64,000 nt of DNA from an uncultured Candidatus Saccharibacteria bacterium (GTDB lineage: Bacteria > Patescibacteriota > Minisyncoccia > JAHISW01 > Tagabacteraceae): NCBI GenBank assembly GCA_964601305.1, contig CAZRMW010000001.1:34376-98375 (forward strand), read 5' to 3'. The position numbers and the translations under genes were made by a program. The number at the start of each line of letters is the position of its first letter. Within the stretch, counting starts at the first letter, position 1. Below the pieces are notes generated by a model. It did no database searches. It was not told the DNA's origin and saw only the letters and a program-made list of their open reading frames with translations. Below, piece by piece: positions 17,922 through 27,793 of the stretch.

Positions 17922-17998
17922 CCAATTTTTTGTATTTTTAAATTCTCTAAATTTTATACCACAAATTATTTTGAATTACAATGGTAACCTATCCACTG
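17922..17998 (-). promoter_or_regulatory. conserved promoter repeat (minus strand: TTGTAA, 17 nt, TGG-TATAAAAT)
   Basis: Sigma70-like -35/-10 with extended -10; duplicate of 17321..17395. Confidence 0.45.
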
Positions 17999-18099
17999 CT
18001 ATCGCTTTAAATAGGTTCCATTTTCTATCCTCTCAATTTCTCACGCTTGTCCGCCTTTGGAGGAATCGTAGTATTTAGAGAGAATAGAAAAAATTAAAT

Positions 18100-18141
18100 A
18101 ATCACACAACTGTGGCTATAACTTGAGTTGTGTGATTTTTG
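18100..18141. terminator. hairpin AATCACACAACT...AGTTGTGTGATT plus T-run
   Basis: 12-bp perfect stem downstream of capA. Confidence 0.5.
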
Positions 18142-18179
18142 TTAAAATCAGCGAGACTAGCGAGGTTCAACCTCACTAG

Positions 18180-19199
18180 TTAATTTGTTAACTCCGGCTG
18201 ATAAAACTTATTTAATTTTGTTTTTAATTGTTTTACTGCAACTATTTCATTGTCTAACAAATACACCTTTAAAACTAATCCCCGCATAGTCTCCTCTGAA
18301 AAATTTTGATCGAAGATAAAATTACCCAAACTATACGCTATCACCCCTCCATTATAACTTTCTATTTCTTGCACAACATGCGGATGGTGCCCTACTACTA
18401 TCTTCGCCCCATTATCTATTGCTGTCCTAGCTAAATATTTTTGTCTTTCATTAGATTTGTTTTTATATTCCTCACCAAAATGAAAAGACACAACAAGAAC
18501 ATCTACACCTCTACTTGCACGCTTTATAATATCTTCAAAATTATTTTTTATAGATAAAATTCCTGAACTATCAGCACCCGCCAAAAACCAATCCGCCCCT
18601 ACATCAGAAAACCCAACAAAACCAATTTTAACTCCGTCTCTTTCTAATATTTTTACAGCACTAGCATCTTCAAAATCCATCCCTCCTCCAACAGGCAAGA
18701 TCCCTTTGTTTTTTAACCTAAAAATATTTTCCTCAAACGCTTCCTTCCCCCAATCTGCAATATGGTTATTAGCAACAGACAGCACATCGAACCCAGCTTC
18801 ATAAAGTACATTGAGCACATCCGGATTAAACTTAAAAGAATAGACACTTCCAACATCTTTACCCGCAAGAGAAATTGGTCCCTCTAGATTTCCAAAAGCA
18901 ATGTCGGCCTCTTTTAAAAAATCAACATTGTTAAAAAGAAAAGAAAAATCACCATTAAAATTTTTAGATATTGACTCTTCTACTCCCCTGCTAAGCATAA
19001 TATCACCAACAAAAACAAGTTCCACACTTTTTGTGTTTTTAAGAGTAGCGGTATTGTTTTTGTTTGAAAAATAAAAAAACGAAGACGAACCAGACACCCT
19101 ATTAAAATCACCTAAAAAATAAAAAACACTCATTGGAACAAAAAAACCCAACAACAACACAAAAGCCCCCCAAACTATTTCTTTATTTTTTATTTCCAT
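18180..19199 (-). CDS. CapA-family metallophosphoesterase (poly-gamma-glutamate/capsule biosynthesis-type)
   Basis: VGDIMLSRGV, LSVANNHIADWG and GHHPHVVQ metallophosphatase motifs typical of CapA/PGA_cap; N-terminal TM. Confidence 0.8.
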   Translation of the reverse strand: MEIKNKEIVWGAFVLLLGFFVPMSVFYFLGDFNRVSGSSSFFYFSNKNNTATLKNTKSVELVFVGDIMLSRGVEESISKNFNGDFSFLFNNVDFLKEADIAFGNLEGPISLAGKDVGSVYSFKFNPDVLNVLYEAGFDVLSVANNHIADWGKEAFEENIFRLKNKGILPVGGGMDFEDASAVKILERDGVKIGFVGFSDVGADWFLAGADSSGILSIKNNFEDIIKRASRGVDVLVVSFHFGEEYKNKSNERQKYLARTAIDNGAKIVVGHHPHVVQEIESYNGGVIAYSLGNFIFDQNFSEETMRGLVLKVYLLDNEIVAVKQLKTKLNKFYQPELTN

Positions 19200-19975
19200 T
19201 TAAAAAATACTTTTTTACCGAACCTTAAATCTATGTACTCAAAATCTTTAGAGTTTTTTTCAGACAACTCTTCCCAAAACAAACTAAAATTATTAAACAA
19301 ATAATCCACGTCGTCTTTTATATTTATGGTGATATACCATCCTTCCTCTAAATAAAACTTGCAAACATTATTGTCTTCTAAATAAATTTCTTTTATAGAA
19401 AAACTATCTTCTAGCTTATTTTTAAATTCTAAAATTTTATTAAAATCTTCTTCATTCATTATAAATTTTCCCTTGCTTATTTCACTGCTTCTTTTATCCA
19501 TAAATTTTATTAAAACACCAGAAGAAAAAATAGGAGCTCTTTCATAAGCAAGCCCGCTTTTGTCCACAAAAAAACAATCCTCATCACAAAAAACTGCCAC
19601 AGGCTCTCTTTCTTTTGCAAAAATTAAAATACTAGACAACGAGGTTCTTTCTATTTCTAGTGTTTCAATGTTCGTAAATTTTGAAAGCAAACCATCTTTT
19701 ACTTCCTCCACTTGAAAAGAAAAGATTCTATTTTTAGGCACTACACCAAAAAATTTGCTAGATAAAATTCTATCTATTTCATACCCCAAAATCTCTTTTT
19801 GTTTTGAAGAGGAAGTTTCTATGGCAACATCTTTGATCTTCAAATCTTCTATAAAAAAGAGTGACCAGAAGATACCAACAGCAACAAAAATCAAAACAAC
19901 AAAAAAAAGAATCCAGCGCAAAAAAGCCCTTTTTCTTTTTTTATGCCTTACAGACGAAAGAATGTTTTTAGGCAT
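19190..19975 (-). CDS. FtsQ/DivIB-like cell-division protein (TM plus POTRA-like)
   Basis: Basic cytoplasmic N-terminus, single TM, then IKDVAIETSS...: POTRA-like start; overlaps capA start by 10 nt. Confidence 0.5.
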   Translation of the reverse strand: MPKNILSSVRHKKRKRAFLRWILFFVVLIFVAVGIFWSLFFIEDLKIKDVAIETSSSKQKEILGYEIDRILSSKFFGVVPKNRIFSFQVEEVKDGLLSKFTNIETLEIERTSLSSILIFAKEREPVAVFCDEDCFFVDKSGLAYERAPIFSSGVLIKFMDKRSSEISKGKFIMNEEDFNKILEFKNKLEDSFSIKEIYLEDNNVCKFYLEEGWYITINIKDDVDYLFNNFSLFWEELSEKNSKDFEYIDLRFGKKVFFKWK

Positions 19976-21236
19976 TTGAAATTGTTTCTTTTCCTAAATA
20001 TTTTTGCAAAGCTTCGGGTATTTTTATAGAGCCGTCTTGCTGTTGATTGTTTTCTAATAACGAAATCAAAATTCTCGGAGTTGCTATTACCGTATTATTT
20101 AAAGAGTGAGCAAAAAAAATCTTTCCATCTTTTGTTTTGTATCTTGTGTTTAGTCGTCTTGTTTGAAAATCATGAAAATAAGAAGAAGAGTGAGTTTCGC
20201 CATATGCTTTTTTGCTGGGTATCCAACCTTCTATATCGTATTTTTTTACCTGGCCTTGCCCTAAGTCTCCACCACAATTTACAACAACCCTAAAAGGTAT
20301 GCCGAGTTTTCTCATAAATTTTTCTGAATTGTTAGTAATTTCTTCATGCCATTTTACAGACTCTTGGTGATCGGCTTTGCACAAAATTACTTGCTCTACT
20401 TTCATAAACTCGTGAAGTCTATATAGTCCCTTTGTGTCTTTTCCGTGGCTTCCTGCTTCTCTTCTAAAACACGGTGAAAATGCTACGTATTTTTTTGGCA
20501 ACTCTTCTTCCTTCAAAATTTCATCAGCATGATACCCCATCATTGGCACTTCTGCTGTGCCAGCCAAAAACAATTCGTCCTGAGTTTGGTAAATTTCGTC
20601 TTTGCCGTGCGGTAGCCAGCCTGTTCCCTTAAAACTATCTTCACGCGTCATAGATGGTGCTAAAAACGGCACAAATCCTTCTTCAACCATATGCTCAAAA
20701 GCCAGTTGCCAAACAGCAAGCGCCAAAAGCGCCCCTTCGTTTTTTAAAAAATAACCGCGAAATCCAGACACCTTTGTTCCTCTTTCAAAATCCACTAAAT
20801 CCAAATCTTTCATAAGTTCCATATGATCTTTTGGTTCAAAATTGAAAACTGGAAGCTCTCCCCATTTTCTTATTTCTTTATTATCTGCGTCTGTTTCCCC
20901 TTCTGGCACAGATGGATCCGGAATGTTTGGCACATTTAGCATCATAGCTTTCCACTTTTCCATAACATCTTTCAATTCTTTTTCTATTTGAGCAAGCCTG
21001 TCTTTTAAAACTTTCATCTCGTTTATAAGTCTTTGCCTTTCGTCTTCGTCTTTTGTTTTAGAAATTTTGTCTGTAGATTCGTTTTGCTCAGCCCTAAGCT
21101 TTTCAGTATCTTGAATAAGCCTTCGGCGAATATCGTCTAGTTCTAAGAGTTTATTTACATCAAAATCGATGTGCTTTTTTATAGCAGCATCTTTAATTAA
21201 GGTCTTGTGTTCTCTAATAAATTTAATATCTAACAT
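19968..21236 (-). CDS. serS: seryl-tRNA synthetase
   Basis: N-terminal coiled coil, class II motifs (FRREAGSHGKDTKGLYRLHEF, GETHSSS). Start placed at MLDIKFIREH (21236): the 16 upstream codons of the track ORF lie inside a repeat element. Confidence 0.9.
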   Translation of the reverse strand: MLDIKFIREHKTLIKDAAIKKHIDFDVNKLLELDDIRRRLIQDTEKLRAEQNESTDKISKTKDEDERQRLINEMKVLKDRLAQIEKELKDVMEKWKAMMLNVPNIPDPSVPEGETDADNKEIRKWGELPVFNFEPKDHMELMKDLDLVDFERGTKVSGFRGYFLKNEGALLALAVWQLAFEHMVEEGFVPFLAPSMTREDSFKGTGWLPHGKDEIYQTQDELFLAGTAEVPMMGYHADEILKEEELPKKYVAFSPCFRREAGSHGKDTKGLYRLHEFMKVEQVILCKADHQESVKWHEEITNNSEKFMRKLGIPFRVVVNCGGDLGQGQVKKYDIEGWIPSKKAYGETHSSSYFHDFQTRRLNTRYKTKDGKIFFAHSLNNTVIATPRILISLLENNQQQDGSIKIPEALQKYLGKETISNA

Positions 21237-21263
21237 TAGCTTTATATTACCAAAACCCCCACT

Positions 21264-21301
21264 TTTTGCAAAATAAAAAGCCACCCTGTCGCTAGAGCGG
21301 C
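21264..21301. repeat. 40-bp direct repeat TTTTTGCAAAATAAAAAGCCACCCTGTCGCYAGAGYGGC (second copy 22342..22381), terminator-like
   Basis: About 38/40 identical copies flanking a 1.1-kb segment containing one gene. Confidence 0.55.
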
Positions 21302-21336
21302 TTTTTAAATACTAAGTACGCAGAAAGTATGATTGT

Positions 21337-22002
21337 CTACTTTAAATTTAAGTATTTTTTATATACGCCAGCAAGATGGTCCTCTCCGCTCCAACCTACT
21401 TTGTTTTTCCATTCTTCTGTCCACCCAGAATCGTACACCCCATGTACTACATTTTCAAAATATTCTTTGAATGCATAAAGATTTAAAGCACAACCAAAAA
21501 CATCACCCAAAGGATATCCAAGAAATATACCCATAGCTAAGTGGAATTCTTCACCACTTCTTGCACCTTTAGCTATCTTAAAAAATTCTTCCAAAATTTT
21601 CTGAGAGAAACCAATTGCTAAAGAAACCAAACCGTCCATTGTTCTTTTTTCTTTTGTCTTAATGCTCATTTTTCTCAGAAATTCTCTCTGGTAAAGAGTA
21701 GAACTAGAAGAAGAAAAATACGTAATTGGTTTACAATAAGCCACGGCAAGTGCAGATTGATAAGGCAAAATTGTTTTTTCCCATTCCAAATCTACACTAT
21801 CACTTATTATTTCTTTGTCTTTTTTACCAATCTGTCTTGTGTTAGGACAATTTTTGTTAACATAATCAAATAAACCATCAATACTTTCCCAGCTCAAATA
21901 ATCTAGAGTAATTAAGTTTTTTTGTTTTTGCGATAGTTGTTCAAAATATTCCGTGGGTTTTATGCCAAAGTTCCATGGCTGATTTTCAGAAAATCTTATC
22001 AT
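21337..22002 (-). CDS. hypothetical protein
   Basis: 221-aa ORF with no recognisable motif; bracketed by the 40-bp direct repeats. Confidence 0.45.
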   Translation of the reverse strand: MIRFSENQPWNFGIKPTEYFEQLSQKQKNLITLDYLSWESIDGLFDYVNKNCPNTRQIGKKDKEIISDSVDLEWEKTILPYQSALAVAYCKPITYFSSSSSTLYQREFLRKMSIKTKEKRTMDGLVSLAIGFSQKILEEFFKIAKGARSGEEFHLAMGIFLGYPLGDVFGCALNLYAFKEYFENVVHGVYDSGWTEEWKNKVGWSGEDHLAGVYKKYLNLK

Positions 22003-22399
22003 TTTTCATTCCTTTTTGTGTTGTTATGTTGTGAAAGTCCGAATAGCTTCCATAAAAAAACTACCATTAAAATATATATTTTGTCAAATTACTGTACTAG
22101 AAGGGTACATAAATAACACTTATCGCTACACCGAAGACCGTCTTCGATGTAAATTACATAGACACCATTTCTTTTATTTTCATCAAATCAGCCACAGACC
22201 AACTTTTTAAAAATTTTTCATACTCTCTTTTGCTTTTAAATTGATCTAAAATAATATCTGTTCCAGAAAGTATCCAATCTTCATAATCTTTGTATAGAAA
22301 ATGTTTGATTCTACATCGACATCGGGTGTCGACGCAAGTGGTTTTTGCAAAATAAAAAGCCACCCTGTCGCCAGAGTGGCCATATAAACCAAAAACTTA

Positions 22400-23110
22400 C
22401 TATATACACATTCCTGCAAATCTTATGGATATATAGTTTGCGGTTTCGGCTAAAAGCATCGTTAGATATCTTTGAACAAAAACGGCATTCATCTCGAAAA
22501 AAACTTTTTTAGGATTTAAATCAAGACAATAAAAATACAAACAATATCTATCGCCTTCTTTTCTCACCAAACAATAAAGCATTGGGACAGAATTTTCTTC
22601 AAAAATGTTTTCCCCTATTCCCATACTTTTTAAATTCATACAAAACAAAGCCTCTTCTTCCCCAAAAAGAATTGGTTTAAAACCGAGTTTATAAAAAAAA
22701 TCCCCTGTTTTCAAAATAGATTCTTCAAAAATCTGACCGAAAAAATGATAAGCGAGACGCACATTGCCATCCAAAAGAATTTGAAGTTTTTTAGAATAAA
22801 TCAAGTTTAAATCATCTGTTACTGTTCGAAGAATGTTTGGAGATTCTTCCATACTTCTTCCAAGCAAAAATAATGCAATTTCTGTACCTGTGTTAGCAAG
22901 GTTTCTCTTGATTCTTGCTGTCATCCAAAAACCTTCTTCAGGCAACAAAAATATGTGTCCGGTTCTAATTTTAAAAATTTCTTCCATCCGCTCACCCACA
23001 TATCCTTTTGAGGAACCTGCAGTACCAGCTATCACAGACATCGGCATCCTATATACAAAACCTTCTTCTACCTCTTCTGCTCCCTTCAAATTAATCGGCT
23101 CCAACATCAT
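22400..23110 (-). CDS. hypothetical protein
   Basis: 236-aa ORF, no recognisable motif. Confidence 0.45.
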   Translation of the reverse strand: MMLEPINLKGAEEVEEGFVYRMPMSVIAGTAGSSKGYVGERMEEIFKIRTGHIFLLPEEGFWMTARIKRNLANTGTEIALFLLGRSMEESPNILRTVTDDLNLIYSKKLQILLDGNVRLAYHFFGQIFEESILKTGDFFYKLGFKPILFGEEEALFCMNLKSMGIGENIFEENSVPMLYCLVRKEGDRYCLYFYCLDLNPKKVFFEMNAVFVQRYLTMLLAETANYISIRFAGMCI

Positions 23111-23211
23111 TTCAACTCCTTTTTGCCCCGCTCAGCAGGTGTGTTTCGGGTTTATTTCAATGTTCTTAACTTTACATTTTTTAACACATAAAACAAATTA
23201 AGGCAAGGGCT

Positions 23212-24324
23212 TTGACAAAAGTTTTTAGTTGCATACAATATAATGCAATGTCTACTGAACATATTTTTGCAAATGCACTAAACCAATCTCTTCAAATTGG
23301 CCCTGCCAGCCTTAATAAAATAAAAAAATATTTTGGAAGTTTTGAAAATGGCTGGAAAGCTCCAATAAGTACACTACTAAAAATTACAGAACTAAAAAAA
23401 CTAGACGAATTTAGAGGAGAAATAGACCCAGAGAAAGAAATGGAAATTTTAGAAAAAGAGGGAGTGCAAGTTTTATTAAAAGAAGATTTACCAAAAAATC
23501 TGCAAGAAATTTTTACCCCTCCAGAAGTGCTATATATAAAAGGTAGCTTGCCTGCTTCGCCGGCAGGCGGGCCAAAAGAAACACTCCCCCACCTAGCTGT
23601 GGTTGGTCCTAGAAAATTTTCTTCTTATGGTAAAGAGGCTTGCGAAAAAATAGTTAGTGAGCTAAAAGACTATAGCGCAGTAATAGTAAGTGGGCTCGCG
23701 CTGGGTATAGATACTATTGCACACAAAACAGCCTTAGAAAACAACATGCAAACCATTGCAGTTTTGGGTAGCGGCTTTAATGATAATGTTTTATTCCCAC
23801 AACAAAACAAAAAACTAGCAAACAAAATTATAGAAAACGGAGGTTGTCTAATTTCAGAGTATCCTCTAGATATGAGGGCTGCGCCCTACACATTTCCGCA
23901 AAGAAATAGAATAGCCGCAGGGCTTTGTGAGGGCACACTTGTTGTAGAAGCACCACAAAAAAGTGGGGCTCTTATTACCGCAAATTTGGCACTAGAAAAC
24001 AACCGAGAAGTTTTTGCTATCCCAGGAGGAATTTTTCAAGCAAACTCTAAGGGCACAAATAATTTAATAAAACAAGGCGCCACGCCTATTACAAATGCAG
24101 AAGATATATTAAATTCTCTGGGGGTTGAATTAAAAATAAAAAGTGATAGTATCGATTTATCTCAAGAGGAAAAAGAAATTATTTCTTTAATTTATGAACC
24201 GCTTGCTCGAGATGAACTTATAAGAAACTCCAAAATGCCACCTCAGGAAATTAATCCACTCTTAATTCAAATGGAAATAAAAGGTATTATAAAAGAGATT
24301 GATGGCAAAATTTACCCCGCCTAA
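23212..24324 (+). CDS. dprA: DNA processing protein A (DprA/Smf), Rossmann domain plus C-terminal wHTH-like
   Basis: LAVVGPRKFSSYGKEA...VSGLALGIDTIAHKTAL...EYPLDMRAAPYTFPQRNRIAAGL...EAPQKSGALITA: canonical DprA motifs. TTG start at 23212 (alternative ATG 23248); conserved dprA-topA adjacency. Confidence 0.85.
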   Translation: MTKVFSCIQYNAMSTEHIFANALNQSLQIGPASLNKIKKYFGSFENGWKAPISTLLKITELKKLDEFRGEIDPEKEMEILEKEGVQVLLKEDLPKNLQEIFTPPEVLYIKGSLPASPAGGPKETLPHLAVVGPRKFSSYGKEACEKIVSELKDYSAVIVSGLALGIDTIAHKTALENNMQTIAVLGSGFNDNVLFPQQNKKLANKIIENGGCLISEYPLDMRAAPYTFPQRNRIAAGLCEGTLVVEAPQKSGALITANLALENNREVFAIPGGIFQANSKGTNNLIKQGATPITNAEDILNSLGVELKIKSDSIDLSQEEKEIISLIYEPLARDELIRNSKMPPQEINPLLIQMEIKGIIKEIDGKIYPA

Positions 24325-24330
24325 AAATTT

Positions 24331-26391
24331 ATGACAAAATTAGTTATCGTAGAGTCTCCCACCAAAGCAAAAACTATTACTCGCTTTTTAGGGAAAGAAT
24401 ACAAAATAGAATCAAGCTACGGACATATGAGGGATCTTCCAAAAGGAGATCTGGGTGTTGATGTAGAAAAAAATTTCAAACCAAGATATGTAATCCCAAA
24501 AAAAGCACAGAAAAATGTAAACGCATTAAAAAAGATAGCCGGCAAGGCAGATTCAATTATACTTGCCACCGATGAAGACCGCGAAGGAGAAGCTATTGCC
24601 TGGCACCTAATGCACGCCTTAGATATTAAAAAAAACAAAATTCCTACAGAAAGAATTGCTTTTCATGAAATTACTAAAACAGCTATAGACGAGGCTCTCA
24701 AAAATCCTCGAGAAATAGATTTAGATCTTGTAGATGCACAGCAAGCTCGAAGAATTTTAGACAGGCTTGTGGGCTACAAACTCTCCCCTTTCCTTTGGAA
24801 AAAACTTATGCGAGGTCTTTCTGCTGGACGTGTTCAGTCTGTGGCGCTCAGGCTCATAATAGATCGCGAGGAAGAAATAAGAAAATTCATCCCCCAAGAC
24901 TATTGGTCTATACATTCTATTATAGATTCTTCAAAAGGAAGTTTCTCTGCAGATCTTTTTAAAATAAAAGGTAAATCTATACCAAAGCCAGGAATAACAG
25001 AAAAAAGTGAAGTTGAAAAAATAATAAAAGAAGCTAAGGAAAACGATTGGAAAATAGAGAGTATAGAAAAAAAAGAAAGAGAGCAACAACCCAAGCCACC
25101 ATTTAAAACAAGTACCCTACAGCAAGACGCTTGGCAAAAACTACACTTTTCGGCCAAAAAAACTATGGTTGTAGCCCAACAACTCTATGAAGGAATAAAG
25201 CTAGAAAAAGGAAGAACTGGACTTATAACATATATGAGAACAGACTCTTTTAACATATCTCCTATTGCTCTTTCTTCGGCAAAAGATTATTTAAAAAATA
25301 ATTTAGGAGACAAATACACACTAAAAACTCCGAGGGTCTTTAAAACAAAAAAGAAAGGGGCTCAAGAAGCACACGAAGCAATTCGTCCTGCGGACCCCAA
25401 AATAGAGCCAAATACGATAAAAAACAACCTTACAAACGATCAATACAAGCTATACAACTTAATTTGGTCTAGGTTTATGGCAACACAAATGCCAAATGCA
25501 ATTTTTGATAAAACAACTATTGATATAAAAACCGGGGATTATTTATTTAGAGCAAAAGGGTCTACGCTAAAGTTTGATGGTTTTTTAAAGATATACCAAT
25601 TAAATATCGAGGAAAAAATACTCCCCTCTCTTTCGGAAAGCGATGATATTACTTTAAAAGAAATAAAGTTCGAAGCACATCAAACTCAGCCACCCCCTAG
25701 ATATGGAGATGCATCTTTGGTGAAAGCTTTGGAACAATACGAAATCGGTCGCCCTTCTACTTACGCTCAAATAATCTCTACAATAGAAGCTAGAAACTAT
25801 GTTGAAAAAAATGAAGCCAAAAAATTTGTCCCTACTGAAATAGGAGAAAAAGTAAACAAACTTTTAGTTGAACATTTTCCAAACATAGTTGACACTAATT
25901 TTACAGCCAAACTTGAAGAAGAACTGGACGAAATTGCAGAAGGAAAAACAAAATACATTCCTGTTGTAAAAAACTTCTACGAACCCTTCGCAAAAAACTT
26001 AGAAGAAAAATACGAAACAGTTGAAAAAGAAGATCTTACAGAAGAAACGGACGAAGTTTGTGAAAAATGTGGCAAACAAATGCTCATTAAACACGGAAGG
26101 TTTGGTAAATTTATGGCTTGCTCTGGATTTCCAGATTGTAAAACTACGAAGTCTCTTTCTGCAAAAGAACTAAATATTAAATGCCCTTTATGTTCAAAGG
26201 GAGATGTTATTGAAAGAAGAACAAAACGTAAACGACTATTTTATGGTTGTTCCGGCTGGCCAACTTGTGATTTTGCTACTTGGCAATTGCCAACCGGCAA
26301 GCTGTGCCCAGAATGCAAAAAACCACTCGTGAAGCTCAAGAGTGGCATTAAATGCTCAAACAAAGAGTGTGATTATAAAGAAGAGAAATAA
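24331..26391 (+). CDS. topA: DNA topoisomerase I with C-terminal Zn-ribbons
   Basis: TOPRIM N-terminus (LVIVESPTKAKTI, DEDREGEAIAWH) and active-site region (YMRTDS); C-terminal CEKCG...C and CPLC...C ribbons. Confidence 0.9.
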   Translation: MTKLVIVESPTKAKTITRFLGKEYKIESSYGHMRDLPKGDLGVDVEKNFKPRYVIPKKAQKNVNALKKIAGKADSIILATDEDREGEAIAWHLMHALDIKKNKIPTERIAFHEITKTAIDEALKNPREIDLDLVDAQQARRILDRLVGYKLSPFLWKKLMRGLSAGRVQSVALRLIIDREEEIRKFIPQDYWSIHSIIDSSKGSFSADLFKIKGKSIPKPGITEKSEVEKIIKEAKENDWKIESIEKKEREQQPKPPFKTSTLQQDAWQKLHFSAKKTMVVAQQLYEGIKLEKGRTGLITYMRTDSFNISPIALSSAKDYLKNNLGDKYTLKTPRVFKTKKKGAQEAHEAIRPADPKIEPNTIKNNLTNDQYKLYNLIWSRFMATQMPNAIFDKTTIDIKTGDYLFRAKGSTLKFDGFLKIYQLNIEEKILPSLSESDDITLKEIKFEAHQTQPPPRYGDASLVKALEQYEIGRPSTYAQIISTIEARNYVEKNEAKKFVPTEIGEKVNKLLVEHFPNIVDTNFTAKLEEELDEIAEGKTKYIPVVKNFYEPFAKNLEEKYETVEKEDLTEETDEVCEKCGKQMLIKHGRFGKFMACSGFPDCKTTKSLSAKELNIKCPLCSKGDVIERRTKRKRLFYGCSGWPTCDFATWQLPTGKLCPECKKPLVKLKSGIKCSNKECDYKEEK

Positions 26392-26501
26392 AATTCTAAT
26401 AATAAAATATCTAAAAATTTTTGTCGTCAACGTTTACATATTCCCGCGATAGCGGATATACGTTAACGTTAATATAAACTTTGTAAATATAACTAGGCAA
26501 A

Positions 26502-27611
26502 TTAAAGAGTAAATTTATCTAACCAGCTTTTCATACTAGATTCTTCTGTTCTAACAATTGTAGGAATATCATCTACTTTTTCTTCATTCTCTTTTATCTC
26601 GTCTCCCACCTTTTCCTTTTCTTGCTCTGGTTCTTGCTCGGAACTTAGACTGTCTTTTTCTTGAGGTTGAACCTCCTTTGGCGGTTCAACCTCGCTAATT
26701 GAATCCGTCGTCGTTAGAATCTCTTCAATCTCCCCTGTTTCTTGAGGCACAGTACCTTCAGCAACAACAGCAGCACCTACTTTCATTAAAAAGTTTTTTA
26801 GATCATCCTCAGAGAAAAACTCCATAGAAATTTTTTTAACAGGTCCCTTTTTCTCAACAGAAACTCTTGTTCCCAGAGCATCTGAAAGTTTTCTTTCCAA
26901 ATTGCCTGCTTCTGGATCTTCTCTTCTCTCCAACTTTATTTTAGCCTTAGTTTTATTTTTAAGAATTTCACGCGCGAGATGCTCTGTAGCCCTCACATTC
27001 ATTTTTCTAAAAATAATTTCTTTGTATAATTCTTTCTGATCATCTTCGTGCTTTATTAAACTTAAAAGTGGCCTCGTGTGCCCTTCTCTAATAAGCCCTG
27101 CTTTTAGCCCTTCTTGCATATCTTCCGGCAAGCTCAAAAGTCGAATAGTGTTTGAAACAAATTCTCTACTCTTACCTACTTTTAGGCCAACTTCATGATG
27201 GCGCATTTTAAAATTGTCCACCAATTGCTTAAAAGCTACAGCTCTTTCTATTGGACTTAAGTCTTCTCTTTGTATATTTTCTATTAAAGCAAGTTCTAAT
27301 TTTACTTGATCTGAAGGTTCTTCTCTAATAATTACTGGCACTTGAGTAAGCCCCGCAATTTGAGACGCACGCCACCTTCTTTCTCCTGCAATAATTTCAT
27401 ATTCTATTATAGTGCCTGTTGGCACTTCTTTTTCTCGACGGATAACTACAAGTGGCTGCAAAACGCCGTATTGCCGAATAGATTCTGAAAGCTCGTTTAG
27501 CTTGTCTTCATTAAAAATACTACGAGGCTGAAAAGTATTTGGCTTTATTTTGTCTACTTCAACAAAAAAAACCCCGCTTTCTTTTCTTATTCTTGGAAGT
27601 TCGTTGTTCAT
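26502..27611 (-). CDS. parB: ParB/Spo0J partition protein with acidic low-complexity C-terminal tail
   Basis: GERRWRASQIAGLTQVPVIIRE ParB box; start at MNNELP (27611); tail region contains an inserted palindromic element (TDSISEVEPPKEVQPQ). Confidence 0.85.
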   Translation of the reverse strand: MNNELPRIRKESGVFFVEVDKIKPNTFQPRSIFNEDKLNELSESIRQYGVLQPLVVIRREKEVPTGTIIEYEIIAGERRWRASQIAGLTQVPVIIREEPSDQVKLELALIENIQREDLSPIERAVAFKQLVDNFKMRHHEVGLKVGKSREFVSNTIRLLSLPEDMQEGLKAGLIREGHTRPLLSLIKHEDDQKELYKEIIFRKMNVRATEHLAREILKNKTKAKIKLERREDPEAGNLERKLSDALGTRVSVEKKGPVKKISMEFFSEDDLKNFLMKVGAAVVAEGTVPQETGEIEEILTTTDSISEVEPPKEVQPQEKDSLSSEQEPEQEKEKVGDEIKENEEKVDDIPTIVRTEESSMKSWLDKFTL

Positions 27612-27667
27612 TGATTTTATTATACAAAAATTGACCAAACGAGGCAAATTTTATATTATAAATTTAG

Positions 27668-27749
27668 GCCGTCGTGGCGGAACTGGCATACGCGCACGAC
27701 TCAAAATCGTGTGAGGCAACTCATGTGGGTTCGACTCCCACCGACGGCA
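27668..27749 (+). tRNA. tRNA-Leu (anticodon CAA)
   Basis: Acceptor GCCGTCG/CGACGGC, anticodon arm CACGA-CTCAAAA-TCGTG, long variable arm (type II), T-arm GTGGG-TTCGACT-CCCAC, discriminator A; no encoded CCA. Confidence 0.75.
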
Positions 27750-27756
27750 CAAAACT

Positions 27757-27789
27757 AAACGCCTCAGTGTACTGAGGCGTTTGATTTTT
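27757..27789. terminator. bidirectional terminator AAACGCCTCAGTgtACTGAGGCGTTT plus T-run
   Basis: 11-bp stem between tRNA-Leu (+) and the convergent aminotransferase gene (-). Confidence 0.55.
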
Positions 27790-27793
27790 ATCT

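Noticed and set aside
22154-22363. 69-aa ORF starting MAFYFAK (and the identical N-terminus on the serS track ORF)
   Set aside because: The shared N-terminus is the translation of the 40-bp intergenic repeat, not a real coding start. serS begins at the downstream MLDIKF.
23212-26391. dprA-topA adjacency as novel
   Set aside because: The smf(dprA)-topA gene pair is a well-known conserved neighbourhood in many bacteria.
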